Source: an uncultured Candidatus Entotheonella sp.
GTDB lineage: Bacteria > Tectomicrobia > Entotheonellia > Entotheonellales > Entotheonellaceae
NCBI GenBank assembly: GCA_965215335.1
Contig: CBDCDA010000001.1
Span: 1,728,001 to 1,792,000, forward strand
DNA length: 64,000 bases
Direction: 5' to 3'
The position numbers and the translations under genes are program-made. Every line of letters starts with the position of its first letter. Position 1 is the stretch's first letter. The notes under the pieces are model-generated. The model did not search any database, was not told where the DNA came from, and saw only the letters and a list, made by a program, of their open reading frames with translations. Shown here piece after piece: positions 23,438 through 31,092 of the stretch.

Positions 23438-24046
23438 CTATTGCTCCAGGCAGTACAGATGCGCGCGATAATCGCACCGACCCGGGAATACGCCAGTGCG
23501 CGACCAGGCGGGCGTGGCGGTGTCCGTCGCGCCCCACCAGCCGCCGTCGTAGCGACGGCGCGAGGTCCAGTCGGCGCAGCTGGGTGACAGTGCCCGGCCG
23601 TCGGGAGAGGTGGCGGTGCGGGCGAGGAACGGAGACGGCACGGCGTCGCCGTATTCCGTGCGGTCGATGGGGTGGGCGAGGTCGCCGGCGGTCAGGTCGG
23701 TGTAGTCGTCGGCGACCCGGATGCCGCCCGGCATGACGTAGGGCACGTCCTTGTGGGCGATACGGGCGCCGGCCGGCTCCGCCGCAGTGGACAGCCAGGC
23801 GCGAAACACGCCAGGCAGCCCGGCCCGACGCGCTGCCGTCTGGCACCGCGCATCGGCGCCTTCCAGGCCGCCGAAGTTGCCCTGGAAGGCGGCGTGGGTG
23901 ACGAATATCACCACCGTCTCCTGGCACGCCGCCGGGCGCGCGACGCCAACCGTCGCCGGGCAGCCGGCGTCCTGCGCTGCGGCTGCGGCGCCGAACAGGA
24001 ACGCCGTTACGAAAAAACCTGCCGATGTCGCCAACCCATACCGCAT
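23438..24046 (-). CDS. Secreted DUF1554 (endostatin-like) domain protein
   Basis: Signal peptide; IFVT..FQGNFGGLEGADARCQ..A...G.FRAWLS; C-terminal C...LYCLEQ. Confidence 0.75.
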   Translation of the reverse strand: MRYGLATSAGFFVTAFLFGAAAAAQDAGCPATVGVARPAACQETVVIFVTHAAFQGNFGGLEGADARCQTAARRAGLPGVFRAWLSTAAEPAGARIAHKDVPYVMPGGIRVADDYTDLTAGDLAHPIDRTEYGDAVPSPFLARTATSPDGRALSPSCADWTSRRRYDGGWWGATDTATPAWSRTGVFPGRCDYRAHLYCLEQ

Positions 24047-24523
24047 CCTTGTCCCTCCCATTCCCGTATCGGATTGCCGGATTACGCTGCGCTGATCCGA
24101 CTACATCTTCACTTGCTCTGCGCTGCGGCGCGGAACGTCGCGACAAACTGCCGCCACTCGGCCTCCGGCGCCCCCTCCGGCACCGGCGCGTACAATTCAA
24201 TCAAGGAGCTTATCATGTCCACGACGCCATGCGCCTGTGGGACCTCACCATCGGCTGGGCCGCCTTCCCGCACCTCTACGAACGGCGGCGCCCCAAGACC
24301 ACCGCCGGCCAGCCCCACGTCGAAGCTCGGTTCACCCCCCCCGCTTCGACGCCCGCGACTGGGCGCACCATCAGCCACCCGGCGCCGTGACGGAATTCAG
24401 CGTCATGGGGCTTGCCATCGCGAGCCAGGTCCTCTATATTGGCAATCCAGTCTGGATTTGCAACGGCCACTCGGTAGTAGTCTGTCTGGGCCACTTGGCG
24501 AACTTTCATAACGACATGGGAGC

Positions 24524-24552
24524 TTGTCATCGCAGGACAGACGTGGTATAAT
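24524..24552 (+). promoter_or_regulatory. Near-consensus sigma70 promoter for the surface lipoprotein
   Basis: TTGTCA-17 nt-TATAAT with extended TG. Confidence 0.7.
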
Positions 24553-24703
24553 CAAGCGTTTGATGCCATGATCAGGGCGTCAGGTGGTCTGCGAATAGCA
24601 CGATTCCCCAATATCGCGAGGCGAGTGTTCACGATTCGGGGCCTTCACCGATGGGGTCTCCGGGGTACTAGCAAACAGTTTTGCCTGATGAGGAGGGTTC
24701 TGA

Positions 24704-26545
24704 ATGAACCTCAGGAAATTGGGAAGGATGTCCGGGATTGTCGCTGCCATCGCGATGCTGGCGATGGCTCTGCAAGGATGCGGGGGTGATGACGGCGAGG
24801 TCGATCAGTCCCTGTACGACCAGGTGGTAAACGAACGCGAGGCCGCCTTGGCAGCCCAGGAGGCAGCCGAGGCAGCCGCTGCTGAAGCCCAGGCGGAGGC
24901 CGAGGCAGCCGAGGCAGCCGCTGCTGAAGCCCAGGCGGAGGCCGAGGCAGCCAAGGAAGCCGCTGCTGAAGCCCAGGCGGAGGCTGCTGCCGCCTCGGCG
25001 GTGGCGGAGGCCGCTGCTGCCGACAAGGCGGTGGCGGAGGCCGCTGCTGCTGAAGCCCAGGCGAGGATCGTTGTCGCCGAGGCAGCCCAGGCGGAGGCCG
25101 AGGCAGCCCAGGCGGAGGCCGAGGCAGCCCAGGCGGAGGCCGAGGCAGCCCAGGCGGAGGCCGAGGCAGCCCAGGCGGAGGCCGAGGCAGCCGCTGCTGC
25201 TGCCCAGGAGGCAGCCCAGGCCCAGATGGAGCAGGACGCCGAGGCTGCCCGGCTGGCGCGACTGGCGCGGGTGAACGCGAAAGCGATCATGAACTCGGCG
25301 ACGCAGTATGATCATGATGAGGATGGTGATGAGAATAGTCCCACCCCCCCTCTCTCCAGCGTCTCGGAAGGGTTCCAAGGAGACATTCACTTACCCGGTG
25401 ACACTAATATGGATCGGGTGGACGATGCTAGCGAAGACTGGCTGACGCTGACAGCGACGCGCGCCGGCTCTGTGGTTACGTTCAAGGCGACGGCTGACAA
25501 CGCTGACGACCCTGTCTTCGAATTCGACGCAACCGCGGGCGCCGCCGGCATGACGGAAGTGGACATGCCTGGTGGACGCACCCGGCACATCCACCTGATG
25601 TCGGACATCGAGGACGTATCGTCGGCGGGAATAACGTTCGCCGACTATGCCGCCCTTGAGGCTGGCCTCGTTACTTCTGACTTTGATCCGGGGAGACAGG
25701 AAACTTCTTATCGGGTCCTATTCGATGGCAATGATAAGATCAATGCCAATTTCCCCATTCCAACAGTGGAACATACGGAGGTTTCGCTACCTCAGGGCTC
25801 AGAGCGTATTGGGACCTATGACGGGGTGCCGGGCGTGTATCGGTGTAGCGCTGCCAGATGCGTTTTTATGCTACAGGCCGACGGCACGGTGATACAACCG
25901 GGTAACAATTTTTATTTCATACCCGCCGAAGATGCTGACAACATTCCCGGCCTCCCCGACGCGGACTACCTCGTCTATGGCGCCTGGTTGACAGTCCCGG
26001 ACAGCGTGGCCGGGGTAGCCGACGCTGCCGCCATCGCGGCGGGGAGTGACCTGTTCACCGGCTCCAGCATAGATGGACTCACGGGCGAGGCGGCATACGA
26101 GGGCTCGGCGGCCGGTTTCTACGCCGATCGTCCCGTTGACAGCGATGCCGCCGTCTCCGGCACGTTCACCGCGACGGCCACGTTGAACGCCGATTTTGGC
26201 GCCGACAACGAAGCCGGCACCCTGGAGGGAAAGATCACGGATTTTGTGCGGGATGACGGTGCAGAGGTCGATTGGATGGTTACGCTTGACGCGGTTACGC
26301 TCGGCAACGCCGATGATGGCGGGTTCGCTTCGGGCATGACCGGAGGTCTCGCGGGTGGGGCCCCCTGGGACAAAGGCGAATGGGGCGTCCAGATCGTCGG
26401 CAATGCCTCGGATGCTCGGCAGCATCCGAGCGGCGTCGTCGGAACGTTCGGTGCCGAGCGAGGCGAGCCTGATCCAGAAACAGACCCCACTGAAACCGAT
26501 ATTGGTTTTACCGGCGTCATCGGCGGCTTTGGCGCCAGAAATTAA
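24704..26545 (+). CDS. Surface lipoprotein with Ala/Glu heptad stalk and TbpB-like C-terminal barrel (putative Slam/T11SS cargo)
   Basis: RBS AGGAGG; lipobox LQG-C; (AEAAQAE)n; DYLVYGAWL, GEAAYEGSAAG, FTATATLNADFG, PSGVVGTF, GGFGARN end. Confidence 0.78.
   Translation: MNLRKLGRMSGIVAAIAMLAMALQGCGGDDGEVDQSLYDQVVNEREAALAAQEAAEAAAAEAQAEAEAAEAAAAEAQAEAEAAKEAAAEAQAEAAAASAVAEAAAADKAVAEAAAAEAQARIVVAEAAQAEAEAAQAEAEAAQAEAEAAQAEAEAAQAEAEAAAAAAQEAAQAQMEQDAEAARLARLARVNAKAIMNSATQYDHDEDGDENSPTPPLSSVSEGFQGDIHLPGDTNMDRVDDASEDWLTLTATRAGSVVTFKATADNADDPVFEFDATAGAAGMTEVDMPGGRTRHIHLMSDIEDVSSAGITFADYAALEAGLVTSDFDPGRQETSYRVLFDGNDKINANFPIPTVEHTEVSLPQGSERIGTYDGVPGVYRCSAARCVFMLQADGTVIQPGNNFYFIPAEDADNIPGLPDADYLVYGAWLTVPDSVAGVADAAAIAAGSDLFTGSSIDGLTGEAAYEGSAAGFYADRPVDSDAAVSGTFTATATLNADFGADNEAGTLEGKITDFVRDDGAEVDWMVTLDAVTLGNADDGGFASGMTGGLAGGAPWDKGEWGVQIVGNASDARQHPSGVVGTFGAERGEPDPETDPTETDIGFTGVIGGFGARN
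24860..24985 (+). repeat. Three tandem 42-bp in-frame repeats
   Basis: GAGGCAGCCGAGGCAGCCGCTGCTGAAGCCCAGGCGGAGGCC twice exactly, plus a third copy with a few mismatches. Confidence 0.9.
25076..25192 (+). repeat. Five perfect tandem 21-bp in-frame repeats plus a partial copy
   Basis: (GCCGAGGCAGCCCAGGCGGAG)x5 encoding AEAAQAE. Confidence 0.95.
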
Positions 26546-26584
26546 GGGAAGGGCTTCCCTTCCCTTGGTTTCCTCAAATCGACG

Positions 26585-26621
26585 AGCGGGCAGTCCGGGT
26601 TTTCTGGCTGCCCGCTTTTTT
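26585..26621 (+). terminator. Rho-independent terminator between lipoprotein and Slam genes
   Basis: AGCGGGCAG...CTGCCCGCT followed by a T-run. Confidence 0.75.
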
Positions 26622-26657
26622 GTGACATATCCCGATCCGAGAGGCGATCCCCGACCG

Positions 26658-27959
26658 ATGCCGGTTCCCCGACCCTTCTACCGGGCGTTCGCCTCGGCTG
26701 TCCTGCTGGCATGCGTGATTCTGGCGGCGGTGGCGCAGGCCCAGGAAGCGCCGCCGCGCGCGGATGACGACCGCGACCGCCTCGCCGCGCTGTTCCGCAT
26801 CGGCATGGCGGCGCTGGCCGCGGCCGAGCAGGCCGACGGCGACCCGGCGCGTCAGGCGCTTTACGACGAGGCCATCGCCGCCTTCCGGCAAATCCTGGTC
26901 ACCCGCCCCGACTTGGTGCGGGTGCGCCTGGAGCTGGCGCGGACGTTCTTCCTGAAGGAGCAGGACGGGCTGGCACGGCGGCACTTCGAGCTGGTGCTGG
27001 CCGGCGGGGTGCCGCCCGCGGTGACCGCCAACGTTCATCGGTTCCTGAGCGTCATGCGCGCCCGCAAGCGCTGGACGGGCCATTTCGGCGCCGCCATTGC
27101 CCCGGACAGCAACCTGAACGCCTCCTCGGAAAGCGAGATCATCTACATCGACACGGTATTCGGGCGGCTGCCCTTCCGGCGCGAGGGAGACTTCGGCGCC
27201 CAATCGGGCCTGGGTTTCTCGGTGTGGGGCGGTGGCGAGTACCAGCAGCCGCTGGCTCAGCGGCTGCGGCTGCGGGTGGGCGCGGACGTGGTGCAGCGGG
27301 AATACGGCGGCAGCGACTTCGATCAGTTCCTCCTGTCCGCCCATGCCGGGCCGCGCTGGCTGGCCGGCCCGGTCACCGAGTTCAGCCTGCTGGCCACCGC
27401 CCATCGGCAGTGGCTCGGCGGGGTGCCGCACGTTGACGAGACCGGCGTGCGCCTCGAACTCGACCACCGCCTGACGCCCCGGATTTGGGCGCGCGGCACC
27501 GCGGCGTACCGCGAGCGCGACTACCGCCAGCGCGACTTTCTCGACGGCCCGGTGGTCGATTTCACCGCCCGCTTCGCCTGGACGCCGGCGCCCGTGCTGC
27601 GCGTGCACATGACCGCGGGCTACGAGCGCGGCCATGCGGCGTCGGAGCACTGGCGCAGCCTGAGCCGCTGGGTGCGGGTGGGCACGTCGCTGGCTCTGCC
27701 GCTGGGCTTCACCCTGGGCACCAGCGCCCAGATGCGGCGGACGTATTACGACGGCAGCGGCCGGGTGCACCTGACGCTGAGCGGCAGGAGGAGATTGGAC
27801 CGCACCCGCACGTTCAGTATCTCGGTCCTCAACCGCGCCTTCACGCTCCTGGGCTTCAGCCCCCAGCTGGCGCTCGTTCACGAGGCCCGCCTGACCAACG
27901 CCCAGGCACAGGATTATGAACGCAATCGCGCCGAGCTGCGCTTCGTGCGGCAGTTTTGA
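26658..27959 (+). CDS. Surface lipoprotein assembly modifier (Slam/DUF560; type XI secretion translocon)
   Basis: Signal peptide, TPR-like RVRLELARTFF..ARRHFE.VL, PDSNLN barrel start, AGPRW, C-terminal RFVRQF. Confidence 0.85.
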   Translation: MPVPRPFYRAFASAVLLACVILAAVAQAQEAPPRADDDRDRLAALFRIGMAALAAAEQADGDPARQALYDEAIAAFRQILVTRPDLVRVRLELARTFFLKEQDGLARRHFELVLAGGVPPAVTANVHRFLSVMRARKRWTGHFGAAIAPDSNLNASSESEIIYIDTVFGRLPFRREGDFGAQSGLGFSVWGGGEYQQPLAQRLRLRVGADVVQREYGGSDFDQFLLSAHAGPRWLAGPVTEFSLLATAHRQWLGGVPHVDETGVRLELDHRLTPRIWARGTAAYRERDYRQRDFLDGPVVDFTARFAWTPAPVLRVHMTAGYERGHAASEHWRSLSRWVRVGTSLALPLGFTLGTSAQMRRTYYDGSGRVHLTLSGRRRLDRTRTFSISVLNRAFTLLGFSPQLALVHEARLTNAQAQDYERNRAELRFVRQF

Positions 27960-27988
27960 AGCGGGCCGAACGCTACCGATAACGTGAC

Positions 27989-28019
27989 TTGACAAGGCAC
28001 GGGAACCTCTGGTAGAAAT
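27989..28019 (+). promoter_or_regulatory. Promoter for the small NPC-repeat gene
   Basis: TTGACA, then TG-G-TAGAAAT with an 18-nt spacer. Confidence 0.55.
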
Positions 28020-28067
28020 AGGGCATCCTCAAGGTACGTAAACATTTGACACACAGGAGGCAAGTCC

Positions 28068-28232
28068 ATGCGCAAGTCTGTCGTTGTCTTTCTGACCCTG
28101 GCGATGTTCCTCGTCGGTTCCTCCGTGGCGTTTGGCGCCAGCCACGAGGAAGGCGAGGCCAACCCGTGCAACCCGTGCAACCCGTGCAATCCCTGTAACC
28201 CGTGCAATCCGGATGGCGGTGACGGTAACTAG
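28068..28232 (+). CDS. 54-aa secreted Cys-rich peptide with (NPC)5 repeat
   Basis: Not in the ORF track. AGGAGG RBS; MRKSVVVFLTLAMFLVGSSVAFGASHEEGEANPCNPCNPCNPCNPCNPDGGDGN*; flanked by a promoter and a terminator. Confidence 0.85.
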   Translation: MRKSVVVFLTLAMFLVGSSVAFGASHEEGEANPCNPCNPCNPCNPCNPDGGDGN

Positions 28233-28261
28233 CTAGCCGTCGATTCGTTGCCGTAGCGGGC

Positions 28262-28299
28262 AAGGCGCGCGGGGAAAATTTTTCCCGCGCGCCTTTTTT
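28262..28299 (+). terminator. Rho-independent terminator of the NPC-repeat gene
   Basis: AAGGCGCGCGGG...CCCGCGCGCCTT followed by a T-run. Confidence 0.85.
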
Positions 28300-28336
28300 A
28301 TTTGCGGATTCCCCTTCCGGCGAAGGCGAGCCGGCA

Positions 28337-28376
28337 CAAAAAAACCGGCGTCTCCCGTTTCGGGAGATGCCGGTTC
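28337..28376 (-). terminator. Rho-independent terminator of tRNA-fMet
   Basis: Minus strand AACCGGCATCTCCC-GAAAC-GGGAGACGCCGGTTTTTTT. Confidence 0.85.
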
Positions 28377-28380
28377 CTGA

Positions 28381-28454
28381 TAGCGGGGGCTGGATTTGAA
28401 CCAGCGACCTTTGGGTTATGAGCCCAACGAGCTGCCTGACTGCTCCACCCCGCA
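28381..28454 (-). tRNA. tRNA-fMet (CAT), initiator type
   Basis: TGCGGGGTGGAGCAG...GGGCTCATAACCC...GGTTCAAATCC..CCCCGCTA; three G-C pairs in the anticodon stem, 1:72 mismatch; followed by TCA rather than CCA. Confidence 0.95.
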
Positions 28455-28467
28455 CTGGATGACGGGA

Positions 28468-28496
28468 AGCATATCGCCTGACGGCGATATTGTCAA
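28468..28496 (-). promoter_or_regulatory. Sigma70 promoter of tRNA-fMet
   Basis: TTGACA-17 nt-TATGCT. Confidence 0.75.
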
Positions 28497-28506
28497 GGTT
28501 TCAATC

Positions 28507-28818
28507 TCATCGTTCGTCGGCGAATTCGAACACCACCTCGCCGGGACGCACCAGCCGCAATTCCTCGCGGGCAATCTTCTCGATGTATTCCAGGTCGTTC
28601 AGCAGACGCCAGATCTCGCGGCGCAATTCGCCGTTTACCGCCTCGACGGCGGCGATATCGCTTTCCAGCACGGCGAGCTCGTGCTGCTTTTCCCACATGG
28701 CGAGGAAGCCCTTTTCGTTGTGAATCGCCAGCGCCATCATGCCCACGACGAAGATGCCGCCGAGGATCAGGGCGATGCACAGCCAGGGGGTGGTGAAAAT
28801 CCGGCGAGCGCCGCGCAT
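28507..28818 (-). CDS. ftsB: Septum formation initiator FtsB/DivIC family protein
   Basis: One TM helix, a coiled coil, YIEKIAREEL.LVRPGE. Confidence 0.88.
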   Translation of the reverse strand: MRGARRIFTTPWLCIALILGGIFVVGMMALAIHNEKGFLAMWEKQHELAVLESDIAAVEAVNGELRREIWRLLNDLEYIEKIAREELRLVRPGEVVFEFADER

Positions 28819-28832
28819 CGCATCCGACCTTT

Positions 28833-30125
28833 CTACAGGCTCTGCAGGGCCGCGGCGCCGGCGCGCAGGGTGGCCTCGATGTCCGCGTCGGCGTGCGCCG
28901 TGGACAGGAATCCGGCCTCGTACTGCGAGGGCGCCAGGTAGACGCCGGCTTGCAGCATGGCGGCGAAGTAGCGGCGAAAGGCGGGAACGTCGCAGGCGCG
29001 GGCGTCGTCGAAATTGCGCACCGGCCCGGCGCTGAAGAACAGCGTGAACATCGAGCCCAGGGCGGTGGTGTAGACCGGCACCCCGTGCTGCCGGGCGGCC
29101 TTGGCGGTTTCGTCCATCAGACAGGCGGCGCGTTCGCCGAGGGCCGCGTAGGGCGGCGCGGCGCGCAGGATCTCCAGGGTGGCGATGCCGGCGGCCATGG
29201 CCAGGGGGTTGCCGGACAGCGTGCCGGCCTGGTAGACCGGCCCGACCGGGGACACGTGCTCCATGATCTCCCGCTTGCCGCCGTAGGCGCCGACAGGCAG
29301 GCCGCCGCCGATGACCTTGCCCAGGGTGGTAAGGTCGGGATCGATGTCGTACAGGGTCTGCACGCCACCGTAGGCCACCCGGAAGCCCGTCATCACTTCG
29401 TCGAGGACCAGCAGCGTGTCGTGCTGGCGCGTCAGGTCGCGCAGCCCCTGCAGGAAGCCGGGTTCCGGCGGCACCAGGCCCATGTTGCCGACGGCCGGCT
29501 CGACGATGGCGCACGCCACCTGGCCGGGGTTCTGCGCCAGCGCCGCGCGCACGGCGTCGAGATCGTTGAACGGCACGGTGAGGGTATGGCGGGCGAGGTC
29601 GGCGGGCACGCCGGGGCTGTCGGGCACCCCGAAGGTCATGGCGCCGGAGCCGGCCTTCACCAGCAGGCTGTCGGCGTGGCCGTGGTAGCAGCCGGCGAAC
29701 TTGAGGATGCCGTCACGTCCGGTAAAGCCGCGCGCCAAGCGGATGGCGCTCATCGTCGCCTCGGTGCCGGAGTTCACCAGGCGCACCATGTCGATGGCCG
29801 GGAACGCCTCGACGAGCAGCCGCGCCAGGTGCACCTCGCGCGCCGTGGGCGCCCCGAAGCTGCAGCCCTCGGCGGCGGCGGCCTGCACCGCCGCCACCAC
29901 CTGCGGGTGCGCGTGCCCCAGGATCATCGGCCCCCACGAGCCCACGTAGTCGATGTAGGCGTTGCCGTCCACGTCGTAGAGCCGCGCGCCGGCGGCGCGC
30001 TGGATGAAGGGCGGCTGCAGGTTGACCGACCTGTACGCCCGCACCGGACTGTTGACGCCGCCGGGGATGATCTGCTGCGCCTGCTCGAAGAGCCCGGCGG
30101 AGGTGTCCGAACGCTGATCCGTCAC
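28833..30125 (-). CDS. hemL: Glutamate-1-semialdehyde 2,1-aminomutase
   Basis: PGGVNSPVRA, SWGPMILGH, NSGTEATM, DEVMTGFR, GKVIGGG, YQAGTLSGNP. Confidence 0.97.
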   Translation of the reverse strand: MTDQRSDTSAGLFEQAQQIIPGGVNSPVRAYRSVNLQPPFIQRAAGARLYDVDGNAYIDYVGSWGPMILGHAHPQVVAAVQAAAAEGCSFGAPTAREVHLARLLVEAFPAIDMVRLVNSGTEATMSAIRLARGFTGRDGILKFAGCYHGHADSLLVKAGSGAMTFGVPDSPGVPADLARHTLTVPFNDLDAVRAALAQNPGQVACAIVEPAVGNMGLVPPEPGFLQGLRDLTRQHDTLLVLDEVMTGFRVAYGGVQTLYDIDPDLTTLGKVIGGGLPVGAYGGKREIMEHVSPVGPVYQAGTLSGNPLAMAAGIATLEILRAAPPYAALGERAACLMDETAKAARQHGVPVYTTALGSMFTLFFSAGPVRNFDDARACDVPAFRRYFAAMLQAGVYLAPSQYEAGFLSTAHADADIEATLRAGAAALQSL

Positions 30126-30129
30126 GGCG

Positions 30130-31002
30130 TCATTCCTTTCCTTGTGAGAGGTAGCGATCGATCAGCAGCCCCAGCCGCTCTCTGGCCGCCGCCGGAATCG
30201 TGGCCGGGTCGGTAATCAGGGCGTCCTGCAAGGCGGTGCTGCACGGGCATGCACGCTCCCCCTGCAGGGCGGGCACGGCGCTCGCGATGGTGTCCTGGGC
30301 GAGTTGCACGTTGCGCCGCAAGACCTCCAGGATGGCGCCAACGTCCACGTCGCTGGCGCTGTCGCGCCAGCAGTCGTAATCGGTACACAAGGCCAGCGTA
30401 GCGTAGCACAGCTCGGCTTCACGGGCCAGGCGCGCCTCGGGCAGGTTGGTCATGCCGATCACGTCCACGCCCCACTGCCGGTAGATCTGCGATTCGGCAC
30501 GAGTGGAAAACTGCGGCCCCTCGATGCACAGGTAGGTGCCGCCGGCATGCACCGTGGCCCCAGCCGTGGCCGCCGCCTGCCGCAGCGCCTGCGCCATGAC
30601 GCCGCAAACGGGGTCGGCAAAGGCGACGTGCGCCGCCACGGCATCGAAAAAGGTGGAGACGCGCGAGCGGGTGCGGTCGAAGAACTGATCCGGAATGACC
30701 ACGTCGCCGGGGTGGATGTCCTCGCGCATGCTGCCGACGGCGCTGACGGAGATGACCCATTCGACGCCGAGCGCTTTCATGCCGTAGAGGTTGGCGCGGA
30801 AGTTCATGGCGGACGGCGGGATACGGTGGCCGCGCCCGTGACGCGGCAGGAAGACTAGCTCCCGGCCCCCCAGGATGCCGAGAATGAAGGCGTCCGACGG
30901 CGCCCCGAAGGGCGTCTCGAGCCGCTCCTCGCTGACGTTTTCCAGAGCTGCCATGGAATACAGGCCACTGCCGCCGATGACCCCGATCCTGCCCTTGCGC
31001 AT
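30130..31002 (-). CDS. mtnP: S-methyl-5'-thioadenosine phosphorylase
   Basis: GGSGLY, PRHGRGH, EGPQFSTRAES, IGMT, TDYDCW. Confidence 0.95.
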   Translation of the reverse strand: MRKGRIGVIGGSGLYSMAALENVSEERLETPFGAPSDAFILGILGGRELVFLPRHGRGHRIPPSAMNFRANLYGMKALGVEWVISVSAVGSMREDIHPGDVVIPDQFFDRTRSRVSTFFDAVAAHVAFADPVCGVMAQALRQAAATAGATVHAGGTYLCIEGPQFSTRAESQIYRQWGVDVIGMTNLPEARLAREAELCYATLALCTDYDCWRDSASDVDVGAILEVLRRNVQLAQDTIASAVPALQGERACPCSTALQDALITDPATIPAAARERLGLLIDRYLSQGKE

Positions 31003-31092
31003 GGGTCGCGTTCTCCTCTGTTCCGGCTTCTGCCGGTGTGACGGGAAAATGCCTGCCTGCGTCGGATCAGCCCGCTAATCCGACCTGCCGCG

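Noticed and set aside
24060..24500. Short ORFs or a possible gene remnant between DUF1554 and the lipoprotein promoter
   Set aside because: No recognisable family, and overlapping frames conflict; cannot be supported without a search.
24860..25192. Tandem repeats as a possible CRISPR array
   Set aside because: No unique spacers and no cas genes; the repeats are in-frame coding units.
27914..28207. Minus-strand ORF with HGL repeats
   Set aside because: It is the antisense of the NPC peptide gene; the RBS, promoter, signal peptide and terminator all support the plus strand.
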